This document shows, piece after piece, positions 48,770 through 58,606 of a stretch of DNA of 64,000 nucleotides. The stretch comes from a bacterium. Lineage in GTDB: Bacteria > Bacillota_I > Bacilli_A > RFN20 > CAG-288. The stretch lies in the NCBI GenBank assembly GCA_963643715.1, contig CAVILQ010000005.1, positions 6,518 through 70,517 on the forward strand, written 5' to 3'. How positions within the stretch are numbered: the stretch's first letter is position 1; the number at the start of each line of letters is the position of its first letter. Below the pieces are notes generated by a model, which was given only the letters and a program-made list of their open reading frames with translations, was not told the DNA's origin and did no database searches. The translations under genes were made by a program, and so were the position numbers.

Positions 48770-51340
48770 ATGACACGAAACGAAAAATATAATGTGACAG
48801 GAATGACATGCGCATCCTGTCAAATGCATGTAGAAAAAGCAGTTTCTCACTTAAAAGGTGTAGAGGAATGCAGTGTCAATCTGATGATGAATAGTATGAG
48901 TGTCACCTATGATGATAAACTGACAAGCGATGACATCATCCATGCAGTTGAAAAAGCAGGATATGGAGCTTCTTTAGTTAATGGGAAGCCTCATGCATTA
49001 GAAAGCAAAGAAGACAAGAAAGAATCGAAGTCGGCATTGATCCGCCTGATTCTATCTATCGTTTTGCTTATTCCTCTTTTCTATATCTCCATGGCGTATA
49101 TGACAATGGGAGATTGGAATTGGCCATTAGGCACTTTCGGTCAGAATCCTTTCTATATTGGATTGACTGAGATGGCACTTTCCTTATGCATCATGCTATT
49201 GAACTATCGTTTCTTCACCTCTGGATTCAAATCTCTTTTCCATCGCTCCGCTAACATGGATACATTAGTCGCCTTGGCGACAAGCGTCGCTTTTCTTTAT
49301 TCCTTTGCTATGATGTTTGTCATGTCTTTCTATGCAAAGGAAAATGAGTGGAATAAGGTCATGATGTATTCGATGAATCTTTCTTTTGAGACATCAGGAA
49401 TGGTTCCCACTCTGATCAGTATTGGAAAGACATTGGAGACAATTTCCAAAGGAAAGACCACATCTGCCATTCGTTCCTTGTTGGATATGGCTCCGAAGAC
49501 GGCATGTGTTTTGAAAGACAAGGAAGAACAGATTGTTCCTGTCGATATGGTGAGGACAGATGACGTCTTTATCGTTAAGCCTGGTGAAAGCATACCAGTA
49601 GACGGTGTTGTCTTAAGCGGCGTTTCCGCAGTGGATGAATCCATTCTCACAGGTGAATCCATTCCTGTCGATAAGGAAGAAGGAAAGAATGTTTCATCGG
49701 GGACGATGAATAAGAATGGAACATTGATTTGTAAGGCTACCAAAGTTGGGAATGAGACGACCTTGAATCAGATTGTGAAAATGGTTGAAGAAGCAAGCGG
49801 CACAAAGACACATATCTCACATATCGCCGATAAGGTAGCAGGAGTCTTTGTTCCCGTTGTGTTGTCCATTGCATTCCTTGTTTTTCTCTTCTGGCTGATT
49901 TTCGGAAACACTTTTGTAAGCACTCATCTTTCTGACATGACTACGCTGAGTTATGCCTTAGAAAGAGCAGTCGCTGTTCTTGTCATTTCTTGCCCCTGTG
50001 CTTTAGGATTGGCAACGCCTGTTGCCATTATGGTCGGCAATGGAAAAGCGGCCAGAAACGGAATATTATTCAAGAATGCCGCGGCAATGGAAGAAACTGG
50101 AAAAATCGATTATGTCGTTTTGGATAAGACTGGCACAATCACAAAAGGTGAAGTCAGAGTGAACGACATCATCTCTTTTGTTGAGGAGAAGAATCTTCTT
50201 GAAATATCCTATTCCTTGGAAAGTTTATCTGAGCATCCTTTAAGCAAAGCCATCACTGATTATGCAAAAGAAAAGAACATAGTTAAGAAAGACTGTGGTT
50301 CCTTCAAAGCTCTCCCTGGATTTGGCTTAGAAGGCGTTATCGATGGCGAAATCTATTTCGGCGGAAATGAAAAGCTGATGAAGGAAAAAGGAGTCGATAT
50401 CTCAAACGCCTATAAGATGGTCTCTTCTCAGGAAGAACAAGGAAGGACGGCTCTTTATTTTGCAAAGGGAAGCGAGTTGCTAGGTGTCTATTTTGTCTCG
50501 GATACAATCAAGGAAGATAGTAAAGAGGCGATTGAAAAGATGCAAGAGGAAGGGATCTCGGTTATCATGCTGACTGGTGATAATGAAAAGACAGCAAGGA
50601 AGATTGCTGACACTGTTGGCGTTGATGCCTTTGTCAGCAATGTCCTCCCTGATGGTAAATTGTCCGTGATCCGGGAACTGAAGAAACATGGAAAAGTCAT
50701 GATGGTAGGCGATGGAATCAATGATGCACCTGCTCTTACCGAAGCCGATATTGGTGTTGCCATCAAAAACGGAAGTGATATCGCCATCGATTCCGCTGAT
50801 GCTGTTTTGATGAAGTCCTCATTGATGGATGCCTTGAGGGCGATTCGATTATCCAAGCATGTCCTATTGAATATCAAAGAGAATCTATTCTGGGCCTTCA
50901 TCTATAATATTGTTATGATTCCAATTGCAGCAGGTGCGTTCTCTGCTCTTGGACTCTATTCAATGAAACCATGGATGGGAGCGGCAGCGATGTCCTTATC
51001 CTCTTTAACGGTTGTCTTGAATGCGTTAAGAATCAATCTCTTTTCATTGGATAAGAAGAGAAAGGCAAAGAAGAAAAAAGAAATCCCATCTTTCCTAGTC
51101 AGAAAAGAGGAAGAGAGAAAGACAAAAGAAATCGTACTATCTATTCCGGACATGATGTGTGAGAACTGTGTAAAGCATATCAAAGAAGGGCTTCTCTCGG
51201 TAAAAGGAGTCGTTAATGCAGATGTCTCGTTAGAGAAGAAAGAAGCTGCTATCAGGATGTGGGAGTCTTTGGATGTCTCCGTTCTGTTAGATAAGGTAGT
51301 TGGATTAGGTTATCAGGCAAGTCTAAAAGAAAATGAATGA
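48770..51340 (+). CDS. copA: copper-translocating P1B-type ATPase
   Basis: It has an N-terminal MxCxxC metal-binding domain (GMTCASCQ), a CPC motif (SCPCALG), DKTGT, GDGINDAP, and a second C-terminal HMA domain (CENC). Confidence 0.9.
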   Translation: MTRNEKYNVTGMTCASCQMHVEKAVSHLKGVEECSVNLMMNSMSVTYDDKLTSDDIIHAVEKAGYGASLVNGKPHALESKEDKKESKSALIRLILSIVLLIPLFYISMAYMTMGDWNWPLGTFGQNPFYIGLTEMALSLCIMLLNYRFFTSGFKSLFHRSANMDTLVALATSVAFLYSFAMMFVMSFYAKENEWNKVMMYSMNLSFETSGMVPTLISIGKTLETISKGKTTSAIRSLLDMAPKTACVLKDKEEQIVPVDMVRTDDVFIVKPGESIPVDGVVLSGVSAVDESILTGESIPVDKEEGKNVSSGTMNKNGTLICKATKVGNETTLNQIVKMVEEASGTKTHISHIADKVAGVFVPVVLSIAFLVFLFWLIFGNTFVSTHLSDMTTLSYALERAVAVLVISCPCALGLATPVAIMVGNGKAARNGILFKNAAAMEETGKIDYVVLDKTGTITKGEVRVNDIISFVEEKNLLEISYSLESLSEHPLSKAITDYAKEKNIVKKDCGSFKALPGFGLEGVIDGEIYFGGNEKLMKEKGVDISNAYKMVSSQEEQGRTALYFAKGSELLGVYFVSDTIKEDSKEAIEKMQEEGISVIMLTGDNEKTARKIADTVGVDAFVSNVLPDGKLSVIRELKKHGKVMMVGDGINDAPALTEADIGVAIKNGSDIAIDSADAVLMKSSLMDALRAIRLSKHVLLNIKENLFWAFIYNIVMIPIAAGAFSALGLYSMKPWMGAAAMSLSSLTVVLNALRINLFSLDKKRKAKKKKEIPSFLVRKEEERKTKEIVLSIPDMMCENCVKHIKEGLLSVKGVVNADVSLEKKEAAIRMWESLDVSVLLDKVVGLGYQASLKENE

Positions 51341-51356
51341 ACGGAGGTAACAGAGT

Positions 51357-51587
51357 ATGTCATTATTTTCAAAGAAACAGGAAGTTCAGATTGAAGGCAT
51401 GAAGTGCGAAGGCTGTGAAAAGCATATGGAAGAAGCCTTGATGAAAATCGATGGCGTCAAGAGTGTCAAAGCCTCTCATACAGCTAATAATGCTATTGTC
51501 AAAAGTAAAGATGGCATCAGTGAAGAAGATGCAAAGAAAGCAGTGGAAAGCTGCAATAAGAAATTCTTAGGAATCAAGGAACTCTGA
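51357..51587 (+). CDS. copZ: copper chaperone (HMA domain)
   Basis: A 76-aa product with GMKCEGCEKH. Confidence 0.75.
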   Translation: MSLFSKKQEVQIEGMKCEGCEKHMEEALMKIDGVKSVKASHTANNAIVKSKDGISEEDAKKAVESCNKKFLGIKEL

Positions 51588-51853
51588 TGAAGTCGGATAA
51601 AACACAAGTCAAAAAGAGACTCAATATCGTGAAAGGCCAGCTAGATGGCATATCTAAGATGATGGATGACGATGCTTACTGTATTGATATATCCAATCAG
51701 ATATTGGCCTCCATTTCAGCATTGAAAAAAATCAATAACATGATTATCGCTGATCATATTCGTTGTTGCGTCATGGATTCCAAAGGAACGAAGGATGAAG
51801 AAGAAAAGCTGAAAGAGTTAGAGAAGACATTACAAAGAATGACCACGGATTAG
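51587..51853 (+). CDS. csoR: CsoR/RcnR-family copper-sensing repressor
   Basis: An 88-aa product with the CsoR W-X-Y-Z residues (C...H...C context: YCIDISNQ...HIRCCV). It is start-stop coupled (TGATG) to copZ. Confidence 0.7.
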   Translation: MKSDKTQVKKRLNIVKGQLDGISKMMDDDAYCIDISNQILASISALKKINNMIIADHIRCCVMDSKGTKDEEEKLKELEKTLQRMTTD

Positions 51854-51869
51854 GTGGTCATTCTTTGTT
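51837..51869 (+). terminator. Terminator hairpin (GAATGACCAC-N7-GTGGTCATTC followed by TTTGTT) overlapping the csoR stop
   Basis: A perfect 10-bp stem is followed by a U-rich tract. Confidence 0.5.
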
Positions 51870-52189
51870 ACTCTTTCAGAGTTTTGCTATACCCTTATCG
51901 TTTCTTCCTAGGAAGAAATCCATCTTTAATGATGGAAGATGAAAATTTCTTAATTATGCGAGTTCTACTCTCATGTTAGGCACTAATAGCCAATAACTTC
52001 ATACGTTGGAGTTCTTCTTTTTGGAGTACGTAATATAAAGCGACTGTCGTTTTGACCTTTGTTTTTTGAATTCAAAAGCGTGTGCTTTTCCTTTACCGTT
52101 TAGGTGCAACTACGTTTAGACTGCTTTTAACTATGGCATGAATTAGGACATTAACCGGTTGACAGTAATCAATTGATTGTCTTTGAATT

Positions 52190-52245
52190 CCCTTGTTAAG
52201 GGGGTATAAAATGATAAAAAGTAAAAAGTTACCCCCTTAACAAGG
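52190..52245. promoter_or_regulatory. perfect 14-bp-stem hairpin with a 27-nt loop. The loop encodes a 9-codon micro-ORF (MIKSKKLPP). Its SD sequence lies in the 5' arm and its stop in the 3' arm.
   Basis: The arms are CCTTGTTAAGGGGG ... CCCCCTTAACAAGG. The ATG is at 52211 and the TAA at 52238. AAGGGGG sits 6 nt upstream of the ATG. Confidence 0.3.
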
Positions 52246-52346
52246 AAATTTAACTCTGCGATGTATACTATCATCGTGATTGCAAAGATAACAGGATGTT
52301 ATGGGAATGATGTCAGCCGGATGATGAGACCAAAAAAGCAAACGCG

Positions 52347-52778
52347 TCAGTCTATTCCGAATCTGTCCTTTTGTTTCAAGACAGTCATCTCTATTTCATT
52401 CATGACTTTTCTGATGTCATTTCTGATTTCATGTTCCCAAAATCGGAGAACGACATAACCCATTTCCACTAGTTTTGCTTCTTCTTTTCTATCTCTTTCC
52501 TGGTTCTTCTTTATCTTGTTGTACCAGTACTCTTTGTTCTCTTTCAGATTGGATTCTATTTTATTTAGATCATATCCGTGAAAGAAATCTCCGTCACAGA
52601 AAATACAGATTCTGTATTTTGATAATAGTATGTCTGGATGACCGGGTAAGTTTGATACATTCTTTCGATATCGGTAGTGAGCAGAATACAGCTCTTTTCT
52701 CAGCATCTTCTCTATCGATGTATCCTTTCCTTTTATCCTAGACATATTGTAGGAAATCGCTTCCTTACTTTTCTTCAT
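52347..52778 (-). CDS. vsr: very-short-patch-repair (Vsr) endonuclease
   Basis: A 143-aa product whose FCDGDFFHGY block matches the Vsr FVDGCFWHGH catalytic core. The Vsr-like N-terminal region (MSRIKGKDTSIE) is present. Confidence 0.7.
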   Translation of the reverse strand: MKKSKEAISYNMSRIKGKDTSIEKMLRKELYSAHYRYRKNVSNLPGHPDILLSKYRICIFCDGDFFHGYDLNKIESNLKENKEYWYNKIKKNQERDRKEEAKLVEMGYVVLRFWEHEIRNDIRKVMNEIEMTVLKQKDRFGID

Positions 52779-53208
52779 GGCTATGGATATAATTCAATGC
52801 TGCTCTCAGCACTTCTTTGTCGGTATCGTGTGTCAGAATCAATAAGGCTCTTTCCTCTTCGATCCATTCGATGTGATTGACTTCACTTTCTTGTGCTTTG
52901 ATGTGATGCGAAGTAGGAGTCGCTAAGAAGAAGGTGACGTCTTTTCTTACCGATGGAGAAGGCTTATAGGAGATGGTGTGAGAGAATTCCATGTTCAAAG
53001 AGACATCAAGATCGGTTTCTTCTTTGATTTCCCTTAACGCACATTGCTCTGGTGTCTCGCCTTTCTCGATATGTCCCTTAGGTAAGGAGATGTGTCCCTG
53101 CTTCATGTATTCGATCAGGATGTAGACGTTGTTCTTTCTCTTTTCATAGACAACGGCACCATAACTATATTCTTGTTTCATATTGTTATTACCTCCTATC
53201 TGTCGCAT
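52765..53208 (-). CDS. NUDIX hydrolase
   Basis: The Nudix box reads GHIEKGETPEQCALREIKEETDL. It overlaps the vsr start by 14 nt, so the two are likely co-transcribed. Confidence 0.7.
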   Translation of the reverse strand: MRQIGGNNNMKQEYSYGAVVYEKRKNNVYILIEYMKQGHISLPKGHIEKGETPEQCALREIKEETDLDVSLNMEFSHTISYKPSPSVRKDVTFFLATPTSHHIKAQESEVNHIEWIEEERALLILTHDTDKEVLRAALNYIHSHEEK

Positions 53209-53556
53209 AGAGTAAGATGAATCCTTTTATTATATAACAAAAACTCCGCTATACCCGAAGGCATAACGGAGAGAGCAAAAGGAATTTTTATGTTGGAACT
53301 TATTATCAATTTCAAGTTGCCAGGGACTTCGTTTCCCTTGACGATATAACTATACTAGGAAAAGAAAGGAATGTCAATAGATTTTTGCAAAAAAATTATC
53401 TGTGTTTCAAAACTAAAGTAGATTTGCCATTATGATTATAAAAAGGCATAATTTATATTTAAAATTAAGAAATACGAATAAAATTTTAACTAATTTATCA
53501 ACATTTTGTTAGAAAAACCAATGTTAAATAAACTTTTCTGCGCGAAATTATCAACC

Positions 53557-54942
53557 CTATCTTCTATCCATATTGGATAATTGGTTGTGATGTTCAAAGA
53601 ATTCCTGATGGACGATAGCATCTTGTGGTTTGTTCGATGTCTGATAGACTGCACTTGCAATCATGAGAAGAAGGAATATAGAGAAAAGATAAAGGGAATC
53701 ACCAACATATCCGATCAACTCCATTTGCAATAAGAATACAAGGAATAACATTCTCTCACCTGTCTTCTTTTTCATGGAGATGTAATAGAGATTGATTTCA
53801 AATGCAATATAGGCGATAAGGGATATCGCTCCTCCGAATGCCATCGTTGTCAGAACATTGTTGTTACAGAACTGAACGATTCCTTCATCAGTAGTCATAC
53901 CAGCGATGGAAACACCCAATACCGGATTGTTTCTGATGATATCAGCTGCATTTCTATAAAGGTTTAGTTTACCGGATGGAATATCTGAAAGAGGATTAAG
54001 AGACTTCAATGCGTTGATGATGTTGGTGTTGGCTGTCTCATTGAAGCCGATGAGAAGGGAAAGAATAGATCCTGTCACAATCAAGGAGAATAAGACAAAA
54101 TACGGATACTTGTTCTCATAGGTTCGGAAGGAAAGGAATATGATTGGGACAATTGTGAACAAAAGGCAGAGAAGACCAGAAGAGGAAGATAGAAGGAGGA
54201 TACCAACGATATTGATCAATACAATAGCGATGGAACTGTATTTTTTCTTTGCTGTGTTCATGCTAAGGAAAGGAATGGAAAGACAGAGTATGGTGCTAGC
54301 GGTAGAACTGTTAAGTGCCCATCCGAGATCGAATGATGCCCATTCCAGTGGAACGGTCTGGTAGTTCAAGAAGATGGAAAAGATGATCTGAAGTGTGATG
54401 ACGACGTCAAGACAGGCAATTGTATAAGAAAAATAGGGAAGGGTTTCTCCTCTTCCTAAAGCAGTATAGAAAAAGATAGATACTAAGATCAATAAGTATA
54501 AAGCGACGATATATAGGATACCTCTGTAATCATTTGTTCCGTCTTTGATCATATTGTAGACATAGGATATCAAGAATGTTGACACAAGAATCAAAGCGGA
54601 GTAGAAGAGATCTCCTTTGACGACTTTGAGCTTGTTGAAGAGGATAAATAGGATACAAGACAGGATTAATGCGGAGCCGGTCAGAATGACTTCTCCTGGT
54701 ATTCCGTTTAGACCTAACAAGTCATCAGGCAAGACTATCTCAAACAGGAAAAGCGGAAGATAGCTTTTTCCTTCTTTTCCTAACAGAGGAAGAAAACAGA
54801 ATAAGGCGTAGAAGGATGCGGGAAGGTAGACGATGGGACTAGGTGAAATCCATGTTAAGAAGGCAATGATGCCGATTGTAATCGGATAGAATGGAGAAGA
54901 GAGATATTTTCTTACCTTGTCTAGTAATGTGTTGATTTGCAT
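53557..54942 (-). CDS. polytopic membrane protein, possibly O-antigen ligase/Wzy-like polysaccharide polymerase
   Basis: It has about 10-12 predicted TM helices and a Wzy-like size and hydropathy profile. I recognise no catalytic motif. Confidence 0.35.
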   Translation of the reverse strand: MQINTLLDKVRKYLSSPFYPITIGIIAFLTWISPSPIVYLPASFYALFCFLPLLGKEGKSYLPLFLFEIVLPDDLLGLNGIPGEVILTGSALILSCILFILFNKLKVVKGDLFYSALILVSTFLISYVYNMIKDGTNDYRGILYIVALYLLILVSIFFYTALGRGETLPYFSYTIACLDVVITLQIIFSIFLNYQTVPLEWASFDLGWALNSSTASTILCLSIPFLSMNTAKKKYSSIAIVLINIVGILLLSSSSGLLCLLFTIVPIIFLSFRTYENKYPYFVLFSLIVTGSILSLLIGFNETANTNIINALKSLNPLSDIPSGKLNLYRNAADIIRNNPVLGVSIAGMTTDEGIVQFCNNNVLTTMAFGGAISLIAYIAFEINLYYISMKKKTGERMLFLVFLLQMELIGYVGDSLYLFSIFLLLMIASAVYQTSNKPQDAIVHQEFFEHHNQLSNMDRR

Positions 54943-55000
54943 ACCTTTAGTATAGCAATCACCCTAAGTTTCTAAAAGAACATAATTTTCTTTTTTTACA

Positions 55001-58000
55001 TTGATGGAAGAAAGAAGTTTCGTGATAGAAAAAACTATATATTCGTGTTTTAATAATATGGTAAACAGTATGGATATAACTTTAATTAAACAGAAAACAG
55101 AGAATTATCTGAATCAGTTTGTCACATATTCCAAGAAAAAGGCAAATGAAATTTATCAGGCTTTTCGTAACCCTGGGGATAAGATGAAATGCTTCTATCT
55201 CCTTATGATTGTTGCGAATCTTTGCTTTATCTACACATGGTTCAATAATTCATTCACTGTACCATTGAGTGGAGACTATTCCCTTCAGGAGATGACATTC
55301 ATTTTCAATGGTTATGATGACTGGCATTACTTTTTCAGAACCGGTGAATTCCCTCAGTGGGACAGAAGTGTATTTCTAGGAATCGATAACATCGGCGGAA
55401 ATTCATTCTACTATCTTTTTGATCCGTTTGTTTTGATACTTCTCCCGTTTCCAAGAGACTGGCTATTAGTCCTTCAGGGGCTTGAGTTTGTTCCGAAGAT
55501 GGTTCTTGCCGGTATGTTCTTCTACTGGTATCTAGGCTCGTTTGAACTATCTGCTAAAAACAGGACAATCGGAGCTCTTGCCTTTGCGTTCTCCGGCTAT
55601 TCGATGTGTTACCTTTGGTTCCATTTCATCGATTCTGTCGCGTTTTTGCCTTTATGCTTTTTAGGAATTGAAAGGATTATCCGGGAAAAGGATCCTAGAA
55701 TATTCTTAGTTGGATTCTTCCTTGTCGCCATGTCGAGCTATTTCTTCTTTGTCGTCTATATGATCGGTATCTTCATGTATGCTATCTTCCGTTATTTCCA
55801 GACGATAAAAGAAAGAGACTACAACGAGAACATGTCTGTTATGGGAGTTGGTGTCCTTAGCTTTGTCTGCGCAGTGCTATTAGGACTATTTGTGCTTCTT
55901 CCTGGCATGGTAGTGGCAACTGGCATGCCAAGAGTTACATCAGCCTCCTATCTTCAGACAATTCTTTCCTCTTCCTCTTTATCAGAGATGCTGAAAGCAA
56001 TCTTCACATTCTCGGGTTCCACTCAGCATAACCAGGTCACACCTCTTCTCAATTTCCTCTTTATGGCGGATGACTGCTATTATTCGAACCTTCTCAACGT
56101 CAATTGGTACGATAACTTAGCGGGTTCCTTATATGCGACAACACCGATCCTTCTCGTATTCTTCGTCTCCGTATTGGATGCCTTCAAACGTAAGAAGTGG
56201 TCTTATATTATCGGATTATTCATCGCATGTTTGCTTATCATGACTCCGATTGGATTCTATCTCTTCTCAGGTTTCACTGTCGCCTATGCGAGATACTTCA
56301 TCCTTCCTATCGCCTGCATGGTCACATGGTGCTGTCTTACATTGGAGAGAAGAAGAGAGATACCACGGACATATCTTGATATATCAATGGTTCTCATCTC
56401 TGTCCTTTATGCTATCAGTTGTTATCTAATCATCTATGAAGTTGATTTATTCCCATCTCATTTCACAGGAACATATTGGGATCAGAAGATGATTCTCATC
56501 CTTGTCTGCTTTGGCTACCTTCTCCTTTGTTATCTTGTCATGAGACCACTTTTCCATAAGAAGCAATTCTCTTATGCCACTTTAGCGTTGATGTCGATTA
56601 ATATCATCGGCATGTGCAATGCCACAATCATCTGTCATGGTACATCGAGCATCTCACAGCTTTCCTCATATTCAGAAGAGACCAAAATCGTTCAGATGCT
56701 GAAATCGGACGAAGGCGGAAAAGACTTCTATCGTATCTATAACACGACAGCAACAAGAAACAATTCCAATGTTCCTCTTCGTGAAGGATATACAGGACTG
56801 AGTGACTTCCATTCTGTTTATCCCTATAATGCTCAGGACTTTTTGGATAGGAGCAGAATCCCACATGGCTATCACAATTGGTCGATGGGTATCTACAACA
56901 GAAGAGAAAACCTTGAGACATTCTTAGGGACGAAATACTACATGGTCGACCGTGTCGAAGATAACTTCTCTACGATGTCGATTCCGAAAGCCTATCCGGA
57001 AAGAGTGGATTCTAGTGGCTATTTAGTTTATGCTTTGGATTATGATATCCCTTATGGATATAAGAATGTACTCTCATTGACAGACGAAGAAAAAGAAGAA
57101 CTAGGTGTCAACTATTCCAAGGAAACACTCGATTTCCTCGCTTCTGATGAATGCACAAAATCAATCTATGTCAATACGAACTTCATCGACTTTGGTTTCT
57201 CTTTCTCGACCATTATGAACACCTCTTGGCTTGCTACAAACCTTACCTATAAATCATACGATGATGATCTTAGCTTTGGCCTTTATGAAGATTTGAACGA
57301 ATATCCGCTTCTTCGTTATGCGATGCTAGATGAGGATGACTATAACCGCTTCCTGTATAAGAAACAGTATAATGCCGGTAAGATCAATCTCTTTGGAGAT
57401 AATTATCCGACTACAGATATTGAGGAACAGACAACACTAGCAAAGAAAGCAAGTAAGTTCCAAAGCTTACTCACGTCGAGCAATACAGATTACATTCCTT
57501 ATGATTCCACTGTCGACTACACTTCCTCGATTGCTAAACTTCCGACAAATCCGATTATGTTGCTCTCTAGTTCGACAGGAACTTCCGCTCGACTGAATAT
57601 CACAATCTATTCTGCAGCCTGGCCGGCAACGGAGAGCAATCCTTCTGGTGAATATGCAGTCTGTGATCCGAATGATGCGACCAATCAAGTCTGCATCAGC
57701 ACATTCAGACAGAACAATCCTTGGGAATATGAAAATGGAATCCGTCCTGCTGACTATGTCTACAATTACGACACATTGAAGGATGCTGACGGAAATACCT
57801 CTGAGAATTACACAAGAAGCGTTCTCTATAATTCAAAGATCCTGATCACTCCGATGGATGGAAAAGGAAATCCGACTCTCCTTTGTGAAGATGCCGATCC
57901 CTCTGATCCAAGTACTGGTTCATATATTTCCATCAACGATGATGACAATATCGAATGGAGATTCTTCGATAAGGACAATAAGCTAATCACATTTGCCCGC

Positions 58001-58606
58001 CATCCTTATGTCGAATACAAGAAGGCACATGGCTATTATGTCGATAGACCGGTGAGCAAAATCCTTGGCATTGTCAAAACAGGAACCAAGTCTGAACCAG
58101 TTCGCTTGGATAAACCATATCTCTACATAACGAGAAACAGCGAATATCAAAGAGCTATCGATGAGTTGAAAAAGTACAAGGTCAACATCACAAATAGAAG
58201 CGAGAATCAGGTTGAGTTCTCGACAAATTATGATGAGGATCGTTTCTTAGTCCTCAACTATCCTTATCAGAAGGGATTCGTAGTCAAAGAGATTACGACA
58301 AAAGATGACGGGACAACAGCAACTACGACTTTAGATATCTATAAGGCTCAAGGAGGATTCATCTCCTTTGAAGCCAAGAAAGGAAGTCATCAATATATTC
58401 TCACCTATAACACTCCTTACTTTAAATTCGGCTGCATGGCCACAGCACTTGGACTATTTGTCACATTCCTGTGTTTAGGATATTTTGGCTATCGTAAGAG
58501 GATGGAGAAGATGCTTGAGAAAACGACTCTCCATACCAAAGTCGATGAATTTATCGTAAAGGAGAAATATCGATATGATGACTTTGAAACATCCGTTAGA
58601 AGGTAA
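55001..58606 (+). CDS. YfhO-family membrane protein (putative GT-C glycosyltransferase) with an extended C-terminal extracytoplasmic region
   Basis: It has about 14 N-terminal TM helices with a YfhO-like N-terminal region (DYSLQEMTFIFNGYDDWHYFFRTGEFPQWDRSVFLGIDNIGGN). A large soluble C-terminal domain and a final TM follow. The 1201-aa length exceeds that of typical YfhO proteins. Confidence 0.5.
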   Translation: MMEERSFVIEKTIYSCFNNMVNSMDITLIKQKTENYLNQFVTYSKKKANEIYQAFRNPGDKMKCFYLLMIVANLCFIYTWFNNSFTVPLSGDYSLQEMTFIFNGYDDWHYFFRTGEFPQWDRSVFLGIDNIGGNSFYYLFDPFVLILLPFPRDWLLVLQGLEFVPKMVLAGMFFYWYLGSFELSAKNRTIGALAFAFSGYSMCYLWFHFIDSVAFLPLCFLGIERIIREKDPRIFLVGFFLVAMSSYFFFVVYMIGIFMYAIFRYFQTIKERDYNENMSVMGVGVLSFVCAVLLGLFVLLPGMVVATGMPRVTSASYLQTILSSSSLSEMLKAIFTFSGSTQHNQVTPLLNFLFMADDCYYSNLLNVNWYDNLAGSLYATTPILLVFFVSVLDAFKRKKWSYIIGLFIACLLIMTPIGFYLFSGFTVAYARYFILPIACMVTWCCLTLERRREIPRTYLDISMVLISVLYAISCYLIIYEVDLFPSHFTGTYWDQKMILILVCFGYLLLCYLVMRPLFHKKQFSYATLALMSINIIGMCNATIICHGTSSISQLSSYSEETKIVQMLKSDEGGKDFYRIYNTTATRNNSNVPLREGYTGLSDFHSVYPYNAQDFLDRSRIPHGYHNWSMGIYNRRENLETFLGTKYYMVDRVEDNFSTMSIPKAYPERVDSSGYLVYALDYDIPYGYKNVLSLTDEEKEELGVNYSKETLDFLASDECTKSIYVNTNFIDFGFSFSTIMNTSWLATNLTYKSYDDDLSFGLYEDLNEYPLLRYAMLDEDDYNRFLYKKQYNAGKINLFGDNYPTTDIEEQTTLAKKASKFQSLLTSSNTDYIPYDSTVDYTSSIAKLPTNPIMLLSSSTGTSARLNITIYSAAWPATESNPSGEYAVCDPNDATNQVCISTFRQNNPWEYENGIRPADYVYNYDTLKDADGNTSENYTRSVLYNSKILITPMDGKGNPTLLCEDADPSDPSTGSYISINDDDNIEWRFFDKDNKLITFARHPYVEYKKAHGYYVDRPVSKILGIVKTGTKSEPVRLDKPYLYITRNSEYQRAIDELKKYKVNITNRSENQVEFSTNYDEDRFLVLNYPYQKGFVVKEITTKDDGTTATTTLDIYKAQGGFISFEAKKGSHQYILTYNTPYFKFGCMATALGLFVTFLCLGYFGYRKRMEKMLEKTTLHTKVDEFIVKEKYRYDDFETSVRR

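Noticed and set aside
52261-52880. Several plus-strand ORFs of 65-88 aa
   Set aside because: They are antisense to the Vsr and NUDIX genes.
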